From: an uncultured delta proteobacterium
GTDB taxonomy: Bacteria; Desulfobacterota; Binatia; UBA9968
DNA length: 64,000 bases
NCBI GenBank assembly: GCA_963745835.1
Contig: CAVUZH010000019.1
Location: 352,001 to 416,000 of the forward strand
Direction: 5' to 3'
In this document: positions 33,641 through 45,081 of the stretch, in pieces
Layout: each line of letters starts with the position of its first letter
Position numbering within the stretch: the first letter of the stretch is position 1
The notes under the pieces: model-generated
The model's input: only the letters and a program-made list of their open reading frames with translations
Told to the model about the DNA's origin: nothing
Databases searched by the model: none
Translations under genes and position numbers: made by a program

Positions 33641-33904
33641 CCATTGTCAATCGCAAGACGGGCCAAGTAGTTGCTGTTCGTCGGACAGATCGAATTTCTG
33701 GAATGGACGCCGGACGATCACCTGAGACATCCACGATTTCCAACCTACGCAGCGATAAAGACCCGCACGTGATTATCCATGAGTAGCCGAATCAAGTCTG
33801 ATCTCCCCTGTTATCGAATTGCAACGCCTGAATGGCCTTTGGACGAAAAAAACCAGGTTTTCACGGGTTCCCTTTATAGCATACCCGTTGCCGTGGGACA
33901 GTGA

Positions 33905-34891
33905 TTGGTGAAGAAACAGCTCTCCTGGCTCGCCACGCCTCTACTGCTCGTCTGCCTTTCTTCCGTTGAGGCGCAGCAGCTCAAAAAAGCTCCTCGGCTC
34001 GGTTTTGTCGCCCTGAGTTCTTCAGTAGCCGGGGGAGGAAATCTCGAAGCGTTCCGCCAAGGACTTCGCGATTTGGGCTATTTCGAGGGCGATAATTTTT
34101 CGCTCGAGCCGCGTTGGGCTGATGGATGGGCAGAACGACTGCCCGGCATTCTCAACGATCTGATCCAGCAAAGAGTGGACATCATCGTGATTAGTAGTGC
34201 CGCCGGCGCGCTCGCGGCGAAAAAAGCGACCACGACGATTCCCGTCGTCTTTGCCGCAGTCACCGATCCTTTCGAGAATGGCCTTATCGCCAACCTGGCT
34301 CATCCGGGAGGCAACCTGACAGGAACCTCGTTAGCGGTTGGTGAGGGGTTTAGCGGTAAATGGGTAGAGTTTCTGAGAGAGGCTGTTCCGAAAGCTACCA
34401 GCTTTTCGGTGCTATGGAACCCGGGTCATCCCGTGGCGGCTGTGTTCGCCAGAGAGGCCGAATTGGCCGCTCGAGCTTTAGGTATCCGTCTGCGCTTTTT
34501 TGAAGCCCGTGATCCCAAGCATCTTGATACGGCACTTGCAAATATCGAAAGAGACCGCTCAGCGGCGCTCCTGGTAATCGCCGATCCCATTTTCTTCACT
34601 CAACGAAAGCTAATTGCGGACTTCGCAATCCGTCAGCGCTTACCGTCAACTTTCCTATTCAGAGAATTTGCCGAGGCGGGCGGCCTGATGTCTTACGGCC
34701 CGAGTATTACAGACTCTCACCGGCGTGCTGCCATATATGTGGACAAGATCCTGAAAGGCGCAAAGCCGAGCGATCTACCGGTGGAGCAGCCCACGAAGTA
34801 TGAGCTGGTCATAAACCTGAAAACAGCCACGCAGATCGGCGTAACGATTCCGCCCAACGTGCTGGCGCGAGCGGACAAAGTGATCAAATGA
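33905..34891 (+). CDS. SBP paralog 5
   Basis: Family motifs; intact ORF. Confidence 0.93.
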   Translation: MVKKQLSWLATPLLLVCLSSVEAQQLKKAPRLGFVALSSSVAGGGNLEAFRQGLRDLGYFEGDNFSLEPRWADGWAERLPGILNDLIQQRVDIIVISSAAGALAAKKATTTIPVVFAAVTDPFENGLIANLAHPGGNLTGTSLAVGEGFSGKWVEFLREAVPKATSFSVLWNPGHPVAAVFAREAELAARALGIRLRFFEARDPKHLDTALANIERDRSAALLVIADPIFFTQRKLIADFAIRQRLPSTFLFREFAEAGGLMSYGPSITDSHRRAAIYVDKILKGAKPSDLPVEQPTKYELVINLKTATQIGVTIPPNVLARADKVIK

Positions 34892-34989
34892 TTTCCGCCG
34901 GGAGAATCATTCGCTTTTTGCGCTAGGCGTTATGTTGTTGGTTATTAGCTTTTCAGCGCAGGCGCTGCAGCCTGAAGAGGCGTCCTAGG
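34888..34989 (+). pseudogene. SBP signal-peptide-only fragment
   Basis: ALGVMLLVISFSAQALQP. Confidence 0.6.
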
Positions 34990-35103
34990 AATGTGCGCAT
35001 CTGGGGCGGCATCCAATTCAGAAATTCACTGGAAGTGGGCTATGACATGGGTCAGAAGATCGCCGCTTATCTGATCGATAACTCTCTCAAGCCGGTGCGT
35101 TGA
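34990..35103 (+). pseudogene. 3' fragment of a PAP2/vanadium-haloperoxidase-like gene
   Basis: NVRIWGGIQFRNSLEVGYDMGQKIAAYLIDNSLKPVR* resembles the R-x-x-GGIHF C-terminal motif with His replaced by Gln. Confidence 0.7.
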
Positions 35104-35329
35104 AGAGGTTGCAACGGCTACGCCGCTGCGCCAGTACGTGATCTGCATCGCCGCGGGATCAGGATGAATAGCTAGACGTACTGAACTCGAGCTATATGGA
35201 GTCCGCCATTTCGAGCCATAGGCAGAGCGCATACTCACCCACTCCTTAAGTATGCTAATCAATGCTGCCCGGCCGTGTTTCCGCCCAACGTTCTGACTTT
35301 CGCAGATAAAGTTTTGCGCTAGCCGAACG

Positions 35330-35409
35330 ATCTAAAATCAAAATCAAAAATCTAAATCGCTAGGGTCGCGCCGAATGCGCTGGCGCGCACGAACAAGGTG
35401 CTCAGGTAA
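35330..35409 (+). repeat. AAAATC repeat plus orphan tail remnant
   Basis: ATCTAAAATCAAAATCAAAAATCTAAATC, then VAPNALARTNKVLR*. Confidence 0.75.
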
Positions 35410-35414
35410 AACCG

Positions 35415-36392
35415 ATGAATGGAAAGCTCGCTTGGCTGATCGTTTTATGCCTCCTCGCATCTATCCAATTGGCGCAGGCACAGCCACGGATCTATTCGGT
35501 AGGACTCCTTTCACTCGGAACCACTGTCACTGCGGAGGTTCAAGGCTTGCGCGACGGTCTGAGGGCAGCCGGATACGTTGAGGGAAAGAATCTGATTTTT
35601 GATGTAGGAGTAGCGAAAACTTATGAGGAACTACGTCCGGTTGCGCAGTCTTTCGTAGAGAAGAATTTCGACGTCATTGTCAGTACCGGTGCATCCGCAC
35701 CGCTCATTGCCAAACAATCGACACAAATCATTCCGATCGTGTTTCTCGGTGGTGCCGACCCTGTTCAAGTAGGACTCGTTAAATCACTGGGACATCCCGG
35801 AGGGAACATCACTGGAATCGCTCGCTACAGGGACACTGAAATCTACGGAAAACGGCTTGAGGTTTTCAAGGAAGCTGTGCCGAATTTGCGAAGAGTCACT
35901 GTGCTTTACAATGCCCGCGGTGAAAATCCGACGCATTTCGCAAGCCTTAAATTGCTCCAAAAAATCGCACCGAGGCTGGGCGTCACGCTCATCGAAAAGC
36001 CGATCAAAACAGTCAGTGAAATGGAAAACGTTATTTCGGATATCTCCAGAGATATCATGGATGGTTTGTTCCCGATATGCGCCACGATGTTCAGGGATTT
36101 GACTAAGTATATGGCTGAGACGGCAAGTCAAAGAAAGGTTGCGTTGTTCGGTTGCAGCCCTCTTGTAGTGACGGATTTCGGGGCTCTGTTGTACTACGGT
36201 GCGGACAATTACCGAATGGGACAACGAGGTGCCTGGTACATTGACCGCCTTCTCAAAGGCGCCAAGCCGCAAGATCTGCCAGTAGAAATTCCGAGTTATT
36301 TCGAAATGATCGTAAATCTAAAAACTGCCAAGCAGCTCGGCCTAACGATTCCGCCCAACGTGCTGGCGCGAGCGGATCGAGTTATTAGATGA
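35415..36392 (+). CDS. SBP paralog 6 (divergent)
   Basis: Family motifs; intact ORF. Confidence 0.92.
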   Translation: MNGKLAWLIVLCLLASIQLAQAQPRIYSVGLLSLGTTVTAEVQGLRDGLRAAGYVEGKNLIFDVGVAKTYEELRPVAQSFVEKNFDVIVSTGASAPLIAKQSTQIIPIVFLGGADPVQVGLVKSLGHPGGNITGIARYRDTEIYGKRLEVFKEAVPNLRRVTVLYNARGENPTHFASLKLLQKIAPRLGVTLIEKPIKTVSEMENVISDISRDIMDGLFPICATMFRDLTKYMAETASQRKVALFGCSPLVVTDFGALLYYGADNYRMGQRGAWYIDRLLKGAKPQDLPVEIPSYFEMIVNLKTAKQLGLTIPPNVLARADRVIR

Positions 36393-37416
36393 AAGTAGTC
36401 GTGAGTGGTCAGCAGTCAGTCTCAAAAACGCATTTTGTTTAACGCTCAGCGCTTTGCTCGTTTCGCTTTCATAGCGGCGGCGGCGACGTAAGAATTCCCA
36501 CGGGTCGGCATCGCCACAGGCGATCGAGAAGAACGCCGAAGCAGCACGCATCGAGTTCCATCCGGCAGGCCTGCGCGAGATGGGGTATATCGAAGGAAAA
36601 AATATCTTGAGTGAATACCGATTTTATGGCGAACAATTTGAACGTATTCCCACAGTCGTAAACGAGCTCGTACAGAGCAAGGTAGACGTCCTCGTACTTG
36701 AGAAACTTCCGGGCTATTCGGGCAGCCAAAGAAGCGACCAAGACTGTCCCTATCGTTATGGTCACGACACAAAATCCCGTCGAGGCTAAGATCGTCGACA
36801 GTTTGGCACGGCCGGGAGGCAATATTACCGGGGCTAACGAGACTTACACCGAGATTTAAGCGGGAAGCGTCTTGGAGTTACTGAAGGAGGTGCTCCGGCG
36901 CGGCACTCGCGGGAATGGTCTCGGGACGTCAAGGCCCGATGCTGAGACATCAGGATCCGCCATCGCTTATCGTGAATATGAGGCCGCCGCCGGCCCTCTG
37001 AAGCGTTCAAGCTGCAATCTCTCGAGGTACGCGGACCCGAAACCTGACTTCAACCGTGTTCTCCAGGCGGCGAAGGGACGTGTCGATGCGCTGATGATTA
37101 TACATAACGCCTTCATAGTGAATTACCGTATGGAAATTGCCGACCTGGCGATTAAACATCGCTTGCCCAGTATAAATGAAGGTAGCGCATACGTCGAAGC
37201 TGGGGGCCTGATGTCGTATGCCACCAGCGACGTCGAACTTTACAGGCGCTCTGCGTGTGTACATCGATAAAATCCTAAAAGGCGCCAAGCCCGCGGAATT
37301 GCCGGTAGAGCAGCCGACAAAGTTCGAACTACTGATCAATCTGAAAACAGCCAAGCAGATCGGCCTAACCATTCCGCCAAACGTGTCTGGCAAGGGCGGA
37401 CAAGATAATTAAGTGA
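36389..37416 (+). pseudogene. SBP paralog 7, multiple frameshifts
   Basis: Family motifs spread over three frames. Confidence 0.85.
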
Positions 37417-37738
37417 AAACGAGTACGAGGATCATTCAGCTTGTGTTCAGCACTATGCTCTTGGCCCTCGGCTTTGCCGCCCATGCCCAGCAGGCGGGTA
37501 AGATTAGCCGAATAGTTTACGTTTCGACGGCAGGCGATCCCAAGAATCCTAGATCTGAGAGAGAGGCATTCCAAGAAGGGTTACGGGATTTCGGCTATGT
37601 CGACGCGCCACGACCGCGCTCAAAAGTGTTCAGCCAACGGGAAACGTCGCGTTCACCATTGATCTCGATATTGTCAGGCAGATTGGCTTGACGACTCCGC
37701 CGAATGTCTTGGCGCGGGCGGATCGGGTATTCAAATGA
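37413..37738 (+). pseudogene. internally deleted SBP (5' 64 codons plus tail)
   Basis: MKTST...GLRDFGYVD, about 70 unrelated nt, then [19 protein letters not shown]. Confidence 0.85.
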
Positions 37739-37783
37739 AAAAGCAAAAGTAAAAATTAAAAATGAACAAATAGCCATGGGGAC

Positions 37784-38761
37784 ATGAAGAAAAAAATCTC
37801 GGTCATTACTCTTATCGCCATGCTCCTTGGGCTTTGTTCAATCGCCAATGCGCAGCAGCAAGAAAAAATTCCACGGATAGGTTTTCTTTCCGTCGCTTCT
37901 ATTGCGTCTCTGTCGCCCCGGCTCGATGCCTTCCGGGAAGGACTGCAGAAGTTCGGTTATGTCGAAGGCAAAAACATCGCGTTTGAATACCGATCCGCCG
38001 AAGGAAAAACCGCTCGGTTGCCGGAGCTGGCGTCCGAGTTGGTTCGTCTCAAAGTCGATTGTATCGTGACGGCCGGGACGGTGCCGACTCGCGCTGCCAA
38101 GCAAGCCACCAATACAATCCCGATCGTGATGACAAGTCCCGGCAATCCTGTTCAGTCAGGGCTTGTTGTTAGTCTTGCACGCCCAGGCGGAAACCTAACG
38201 GGGGTGAGTTCGTTTTCCTCGGACTTGGCCGGCAAGCGGCTCGAGTTGCTCAAAGAAACTATTCCAAATCTTTCTCGGGTTGCTACTTTCTGGAACCTGA
38301 GCAGTACGGACCTCTTCCGCAAAGAGACCGAGCAGGCGGCGGAGTTGCTAAAAGTGCAGCTCGTAGCAATAGAAATTCGCAGTCTTGACGGTTTACAAGA
38401 CGCTTTCGGATCCCTTGCTAGGGAGCGTGCAAACGCTGCCATCATAGGCGGCGGCGGGTTTTTCGTCACTCACCAAACGAGAATGATCGAGTTGGCGACA
38501 AAGCACCGGATGCCGGCGATGTATCCGGAGCTGGAATTCGTGCTGGCCGGAGGCCTGATGACCTACGGAACTAGCGTTCCCGATCTGTACCGGCGTGCGG
38601 CGACGTACGTCGATAAGATCCTCAAAGGTGCAAAGCCCGCCGATCTGCCCGTTGAGCAACCAACGAAGTTCAAATTGATCATCAATTTATCAGCCGCCAA
38701 GCAGATCGATCTCGCGATTCCGCAGAAGGTGCTGGCGCGGGCGGATAGGGTGATTCGATGA
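37784..38761 (+). CDS. SBP paralog 8
   Basis: Family motifs; intact ORF. Confidence 0.93.
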   Translation: MKKKISVITLIAMLLGLCSIANAQQQEKIPRIGFLSVASIASLSPRLDAFREGLQKFGYVEGKNIAFEYRSAEGKTARLPELASELVRLKVDCIVTAGTVPTRAAKQATNTIPIVMTSPGNPVQSGLVVSLARPGGNLTGVSSFSSDLAGKRLELLKETIPNLSRVATFWNLSSTDLFRKETEQAAELLKVQLVAIEIRSLDGLQDAFGSLARERANAAIIGGGGFFVTHQTRMIELATKHRMPAMYPELEFVLAGGLMTYGTSVPDLYRRAATYVDKILKGAKPADLPVEQPTKFKLIINLSAAKQIDLAIPQKVLARADRVIR

Positions 38762-39829
38762 ACACGTGGAGTAATGGAGTGGTGGAGTCATGGAGTGGTG
38801 GGTCAATCCGGATGAAAGCAGTACTCCAATACTCCAACATTTCAATTCTCCGATTGAGATTGTGTCTTACCCTTTGCGCCATGCTCTTTGCACTTTGCGC
38901 GTCCGCCGAGGCGCAGCAGGCAAAGAAGATCCCGCGCATCGGATTCCTAGGTGCTGCCTCCGCTTCCGCCAACTCGGCGCGGCTCGAGGCATTCCGGCAA
39001 GGGTTGCGCGAGCTTGGCTATGCCGAGGGAAACAACATCATCATTGAATATCGATATGCAGACGGCAGACCCGAAGGTCCTCCCGACACTTGCAGCGGAA
39101 CTGGTCGGTCTCAATGTTAATGCCATCATTTCAGGTGGTGCAGCAGCAACCCGCCCCGCGAAGCAAGCAACCGCTACGATTCCCATTATAATGACAGGAG
39201 ATAACGACCCTGTTGGGTCTGGGTTCGTAGCTAACCTTGCGCGACCTGGAGGAAACGTTACTGGGTTGTCCACTCTTACGAATGAACTCAATGGAAAACG
39301 GCTGGAGCTTCTCAAGGAGATGATTCCTAGGCTCTCGCGCGTGGCCGTTCTGGGCGTTCCAAACACCCCGCGTAATGACAAAGCGTTAAACGAGACGGAA
39401 CTTGCCGCAGGCGCGCTCAGAATCCAGGTTCAATACCTCAACGTACTAAGCCGCGAAGATATTGAGAGTGCATTTCGAGAGGCAGGCAGTGGGCGCGCCG
39501 ACGCAGTCCTCTTGCTGGGCGGCTCGGTGTTTGTTCTTGAGCGAAGGCAGATTGCGGCGCTTGCGGTGAAGAGCCGACTCCCGACGATACATTACAGGCA
39601 GGAGTTTGTGGAAGACGGTGGGCTTATGAGCTATGCGACAAGCCTTGCCGACTTATCTCGGCGTGCTGCAATTTATGTAGACAAGATCCTGAAAGGCGCA
39701 AAACCCGCCGAGTTGCCCGTCGAGCAACCGACCAAGTTCGAGCTAGTGATCAATTTGCACGCGGCCAAGCAGATCGGCCTTAGGATTCCGCTGAACGTAC
39801 TGGCGCGGGCGGACAGGGTGATCAAATGA
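38758..39829 (+). pseudogene. SBP paralog 9, single frameshift near 39070
   Basis: Track ORFs 38758-39120 and 38951-39829 join. Confidence 0.85.
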
Positions 39830-39880
39830 CATTTTGGATTTTCGATTTTAGATTTTGGATTGAAAGCCGGAAAAGAACTG

Positions 39881-40962
39881 ATGAACGCATTTTCTTCTAA
39901 GTCTCTTTCTGACAATCCAAAACCTGTCCTGAGCCGTGTCGAAGGGTCGGCAATCCCAAATCGAAAATGGCTGGAGCTTTGGGTATTCATTTTGGTGCTC
40001 CTGCTGACCGGGGCTGTGGTTCAAGCGCAGCAGCCGGCAAAGATCCTTCGCATTGGGTTCCTGGATTCAAGTACTGCTTCTGGTAGCACGGTCCTCGTGG
40101 AGGCGTTCCGACAAGAGCTTAGCAACCTTGGTTGGATCGAGGGAAAGAATATCAGCGTCGAGTACCGATTTGCAGAGGGAAAACCTGGGCGGCTGCCTGA
40201 CCTTGCCGCGGACCTAGTTCGTCTTAAGGTTGATCTAATTGTGGTTTCGGGGGGGCCGACGCCGTTCGCGGCGAAGAAAGCAACTAGCACTATCCCCATC
40301 GTAATGGCGACCTCTACGGATCCAGTGGCTGCAGGTGTGGTTGCCAGTCTGGCTCGGCCGGGAGGAAATGTCACCGGTCTTTCGGGTTTATCGCCCGAAC
40401 TCGGCACCAAAAGGCTGGAGATACTCAAGGACGCAATTCCACAGCTGGTCCGAGTTGCGCTTCTGCGGCCGCCGGGAAATGACATAACTTCTATCATCAC
40501 CATCAGACATCCAAGTGAAGGAGCTCAGGTCTGCGGCGCCCGCACTAAAGCTAAAAATCGAGGAGATCGGGGCACAAGCTGACGCCAAAGGGTTAGAAAG
40601 CGGATTTCAAACCGCAAAGCAGAAGCAGGTAGGGGCGATTATGACAACAAGTGGTCGCACTTTTTTCGCCGAAAGAAAGCGGATCGTCGAGCTTGCCGGC
40701 AAATACCGGTTGCCGGCTATTTACCCGCAGAAGGAGTATGTTGACGCCGGCGGTCTCATGTCCTACGGGGCGGACATCGCTGACTCTATTTCGGCGCGCG
40801 GCTGGTTACGTGGACAAGATCTTGAAAGGCGCCAAGCCGGCTGATCTGCCGGTGCAGCAGGCGACAAAGTTTGAATTCGTCATCAACCTTAAAGCGGCAA
40901 AACAAATCGGTCTGACGATTCCGAACCGTGTGCTGGAGCGGGCGAATCAAGTGATTCGGTGA
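39881..40962 (+). pseudogene. SBP paralog 10, frameshifts near 40500 and 40790
   Basis: Three track ORFs join; closely similar to 58111-59205. Confidence 0.85.
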
Positions 40963-40997
40963 GGCGTGAGCCGTGAGGCGTCAGGCGTCGGAGCAAG

Positions 40998-42038
40998 ATG
41001 GTCTTTAATCTAAAATCCAAAACCTGTACTGAGCGACGTCGAAGTATCCAAAATCTAAAATGGGTGGGGATTTTTGCAATCGTTCTCACGCTTGCGGCGT
41101 GGGGGACCAGGGCAGAGGCGCAGCAGCCAACAAAAATTCCGAGGGTAGGATATCTAACCCTCTCGCATCTTTCCGCAATCACCAACCGCACCGACGCATT
41201 TCGCCGAGGTCTGCGTGACCTTGGGTATGTCGAAGGGAAAAATATTGTCATCGAGTGGCGACCCGCAGAAGGAAAATTCGATCGTCTCGCCGCGCTCGCC
41301 GCCGAGCTTGTGCGGCTCAAGGTGGACGTTATCGTCACAGGTGGCGAGGCAGCAACCCGTCCCGCTAAGGAAGCCACCGCATTGATTCCCATCATCATGA
41401 CGCAGGACGACGATCCCGTTGGAGCTGGTTTTGTCGCGAGTCTCTCAAAACCGGGCGGGAATATTACTGGATTGTCCACGCTCGCGCCGGAGAGAAGCGC
41501 AAAGCGACTGGAGCTTTTGAAGGAAATCGTTCCCGGGCTCTCGCGTGTAGCTATCTTCGGTACTTCGACAGAACCGAACAATGCGCGAGAGTTAAAAGAG
41601 ATCGAAGTCGCCGCAGAGGCATTGGGAATTAAGCTTCAATACCGAGACGTACTAAGTCTCAAGGATGTTGAGATTGCGTTCAGAGCTGCGGTCAAGGACA
41701 GGGCTGGGGCAGTTCTAAAGAACGTGTCCGGCCCCATCACTAATGCTCACCGGAAAGAGATCGCAGAGCTCGCTATTAAGAGCAGGGTCCCAGTGATATA
41801 TGGCCGGCGAGAACCCGTCGAAGCCGGGGGGCTCATGTCATATGGCGTGAGCGTTGATGACTTGGACCGACGTGCTGCGATCTACGTGGACAAAATTCTC
41901 AAAGGCGCGAAGCCGGCCGATCTTCCCGTCGAGCAGCCGACAAAGTTCGAGCTGGTGATCAATCTGAAAGCTGCGAAGCAGATCGACCTAATGATTCCGC
42001 CCAACGTGCTGGCGCGGGCGGATAAGGTGATCAGATGA
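40998..42038 (+). CDS. SBP paralog 11
   Basis: Family motifs; repeat-derived leader NLKSKTCTERRRSIQNLKW. Confidence 0.93.
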   Translation: MVFNLKSKTCTERRRSIQNLKWVGIFAIVLTLAAWGTRAEAQQPTKIPRVGYLTLSHLSAITNRTDAFRRGLRDLGYVEGKNIVIEWRPAEGKFDRLAALAAELVRLKVDVIVTGGEAATRPAKEATALIPIIMTQDDDPVGAGFVASLSKPGGNITGLSTLAPERSAKRLELLKEIVPGLSRVAIFGTSTEPNNARELKEIEVAAEALGIKLQYRDVLSLKDVEIAFRAAVKDRAGAVLKNVSGPITNAHRKEIAELAIKSRVPVIYGRREPVEAGGLMSYGVSVDDLDRRAAIYVDKILKGAKPADLPVEQPTKFELVINLKAAKQIDLMIPPNVLARADKVIR

Positions 42039-43030
42039 ACGTGTTGCGCAAACTCGTTTACTTCGCATCAGCCACTATGCTCTTAGGCTTCCGCACAGCG
42101 GAACCACAACAACCGACAAAAATACCGCGCATTGGTTACGTCTCCGGCACAGGCAACTCTACGGACCAGGGACCCTATGTCGAAGCACTGCGACAGGGGC
42201 TGCGAGATCTCGGTCATGTTGAAGGACGAAGCTTCGCAATCGAGTTTCGCGGCGCGGAGGGAAAGCTGGACCGTATTCACGGCATCATAAATGATCTCGT
42301 GAAACTTAAGGTCGATGTGCTCGTCGTCCCAATTCGAGCGGCAATTTTTTCTGCAAGGGAGGCGACCAATACCATTCCTATCGTCATGATAGCTGGTACA
42401 GATCCAGTTGCGGATGGGCTGGTCAATAGCTTGGCACGTCCAGGCGGGAATATCACCGGGCTTAGCACGCTTACCCGGGACTTAGGCGGAAAGCGGTTTG
42501 AATTGCTTGCAGAAGTGCTTCCGCAACTGTCGCGAGTCGGAGTACTCAACAAATCAGACGAACCATCCGCAGCTGCTGGTGTTTTCGAGCAGTATCGGAC
42601 TGCGGCGAACGCTCTGAAAATACAGATCCAATCTCTGGAAGTGCGCGGTCAGAATCCCGATTTGGAGGACGCATTCCGAACTGCGGTCAAGGGGCGCGTG
42701 AATGCGATGATCACAATCACGAGTGCCCCGCTTTTTCTACAGCGAAAGCGAATCGCCGATTTGGCAATAACGCACCGCCTACCGACGCTCTATCAAGGAA
42801 GTGCCTGGGTGGAAGCAGGTGGACTCATGTCCTATTCAATAAACGAGATCGAGGCTTTTCGTTATGCCGCGACCTATGTGGACAAAATATTGAAAGGTGC
42901 CAACCCCGCTGATTTACCGATCGAGCAGCCGACGAAGTTCGAATTCGTCATCAATCTGAAAGCCGCCAAACAGATCGGCCTCACGATTCCGCCAACGTGC
43001 TGGCGCGGGCGGATCAAAGTCATCAGATGA
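42035..43030 (+). CDS. SBP paralog 12 (compensating indels in the tail)
   Basis: Family motifs; tail reads PPTCWRGRIKVIR. Confidence 0.9.
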   Translation: MNVLRKLVYFASATMLLGFRTAEPQQPTKIPRIGYVSGTGNSTDQGPYVEALRQGLRDLGHVEGRSFAIEFRGAEGKLDRIHGIINDLVKLKVDVLVVPIRAAIFSAREATNTIPIVMIAGTDPVADGLVNSLARPGGNITGLSTLTRDLGGKRFELLAEVLPQLSRVGVLNKSDEPSAAAGVFEQYRTAANALKIQIQSLEVRGQNPDLEDAFRTAVKGRVNAMITITSAPLFLQRKRIADLAITHRLPTLYQGSAWVEAGGLMSYSINEIEAFRYAATYVDKILKGANPADLPIEQPTKFEFVINLKAAKQIGLTIPPTCWRGRIKVIR

Positions 43031-43130
43031 CAGAGATCAGAGGTCAGATGTCAGAGATCAGAAAGATCGACGCGACAGCAGATAACTAAAAAAATCATTC
43101 TTCTTTGCTCTATGCTCGCTGCTCCTTGCT

Positions 43131-44066
43131 TTGTGCTCTGCAGTCGATGCGCAGCAGCCAACAAAGATCCCACGGATAGGATACCTAAGTACAGTCTCCC
43201 CTGCCGTTAATGCCACTCGGATCGAAGCATTACGTCAGGGGCTGCGCGAGCTTGGATACGTTGAGGGAAAGAACATTCTCATTGAGTGGCGATATGCAGA
43301 GGGGAAAGTAGATCGCCTACCATCGCTTGCCGCGCAACTAGTGCATCTTAAAGTCGACCTCATCGTCACGGCTGCTTCGCCACCAACCCGTGCAGCCAAA
43401 GAATTAACTAGCACGATTCCCATCGTCATGGCATTCGACGATGATCCTGTTGGCTCGGGATTTGTCGCCAGCCTGGCCCGACCTGGAGGAAATATTACGG
43501 GTCTATCCAGTCTTGCGCTGGAGATAGGTGGAAAACAACTCGAGCTTTTGAAGGAGATCATTCCCCGACTCTCGCGCGTGGCCATTCTCGGAACTTCGAC
43601 CGTCCCTCAGTATGCAAATCTGGTAAAAGAGATTGACCTTGCGGCAAAAGCGGTGGGCGTGAAGGTTCAACATCTAGACGTGCTAAACGCCAGTGATATT
43701 GAGAACGCGTTTGGAGCCGCAAGCAAGGCGCTGGCGGGCGCAGTGCTGGTGATTGGGAGTCCCATTCTCAATTCTCACCGAACGCAGATTGTAGTACTCG
43801 CAGCAAAGAGTCGGTTTCCGGCCATATACAGCAGGCCAGAATACGTACAAGACGGCGGGCTTCTGTATTACGGCACCAGCTTCCCAGACTTATTCCACCG
43901 CGCCGCCACTTACGTGGACAAAATCTTGAAAGGCGCCAAACCCGGTGATCTCCCAGTTGAGCAGCCCACGAAATTCGAGCTGGTCATCAATTTGAAAAAC
44001 GCGAAGCAAATCGGCCTCACAATTCCGCCGCAGGTGCTGGCGCGGGCTGATCGAGTGATTCGATGA
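43131..44066 (+). CDS. SBP paralog 13 (leader from 43027 appears frameshifted)
   Basis: Family motifs; signal peptide incomplete in this frame. Confidence 0.88.
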   Translation: MCSAVDAQQPTKIPRIGYLSTVSPAVNATRIEALRQGLRELGYVEGKNILIEWRYAEGKVDRLPSLAAQLVHLKVDLIVTAASPPTRAAKELTSTIPIVMAFDDDPVGSGFVASLARPGGNITGLSSLALEIGGKQLELLKEIIPRLSRVAILGTSTVPQYANLVKEIDLAAKAVGVKVQHLDVLNASDIENAFGAASKALAGAVLVIGSPILNSHRTQIVVLAAKSRFPAIYSRPEYVQDGGLLYYGTSFPDLFHRAATYVDKILKGAKPGDLPVEQPTKFELVINLKNAKQIGLTIPPQVLARADRVIR

Positions 44067-44079
44067 AAGTAGTCGGTCA

Positions 44080-45081
44080 GTGTCAGTAGTCTCTAAAAAC
44101 GTACTTTGTTTAACGCTCAGCGCTTTGCTCATTGGGCTTTGCACGTCCGTGGGAGCGCACCAGGCGAAGAAAGTTCCGAGGCTTGGTTATATATCGGCAA
44201 CCGATCGCGCTACCGATGTCAGCCGCGCCCAAGCAATTCGCACGGGACTCCGCGATCTTGGTTATATAGAAGGACAGAACATTACGATCGAGTACCGCTA
44301 TGCCGAGGGAAAGCGCAATCGATATTCTGACCTTTTAGCCGACCTAGTTCATCTAAAGTTAGACGTCATTATAGTAGCCGGCGGAGACCCGCTGATTCGC
44401 GCGGCCATGAAGGTAACCACCACCATTCCCATCGTTATGACGGGTGGCGGCGCTGACCCGGTCGAGGCTGGGTTGGTTGAAAGCCTTGCTCATCCTGGCG
44501 GTAACGCCACCGGCATTACAAACGTCTCCACTGAATTAGGTGGGAAGCGGCTGGAACTGCTCAAAGAAATCGTGCCCAAACTCTCTCGTGTCGCGGTTCT
44601 TTATGATCCTGCACTTCCGGCCGGCGTAATCGACATGAAAGAGAATCTCCCAGCCGCGGCCCGGCAACTGAAACTAACTCTTCTCGCTTGGCAAATAGGA
44701 AGTGAGGAGGATTTCGAAAGAGCATTCGCTGGCGTGAACAAGGACCGTCCGGATGGACTCTACGTCCTCGGCGGCGCGCTTATTCGTGCTAAACGAAATC
44801 TTATTGCCCGCTTTGCGTTAAACAGCCGGTTGCCATCGACGTATTTCCAAAAAGAACCGGTAGATGCGGGCGGGCTCATGCACTACGGGGTGGACATGGA
44901 AGCTAGCTACCGGCGCGTCGCTTATTTCGTAGATAGGATTCTCAAAGGCGCTAAGCCAGCCGAATTACCGGTCGAACAGCCGACAAAGTTCGAGTTAATG
45001 ATCAATCTGAAAACCGCCAAGCAGATCGGCCTGACGATTCCCCAGAACGTGCTGGCGCGGGCGGACAAAGTCATAAAGTGA
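44080..45081 (+). CDS. SBP paralog 14
   Basis: Family motifs; intact ORF. Confidence 0.92.
   Translation: MSVVSKNVLCLTLSALLIGLCTSVGAHQAKKVPRLGYISATDRATDVSRAQAIRTGLRDLGYIEGQNITIEYRYAEGKRNRYSDLLADLVHLKLDVIIVAGGDPLIRAAMKVTTTIPIVMTGGGADPVEAGLVESLAHPGGNATGITNVSTELGGKRLELLKEIVPKLSRVAVLYDPALPAGVIDMKENLPAAARQLKLTLLAWQIGSEEDFERAFAGVNKDRPDGLYVLGGALIRAKRNLIARFALNSRLPSTYFQKEPVDAGGLMHYGVDMEASYRRVAYFVDRILKGAKPAELPVEQPTKFELMINLKTAKQIGLTIPQNVLARADKVIK

Noticed and set aside
35026-35262. 78-aa minus-strand ORF in the array gap
   Set aside because: No recognisable motif, and it overlaps the plus-strand haloperoxidase-like fragment.
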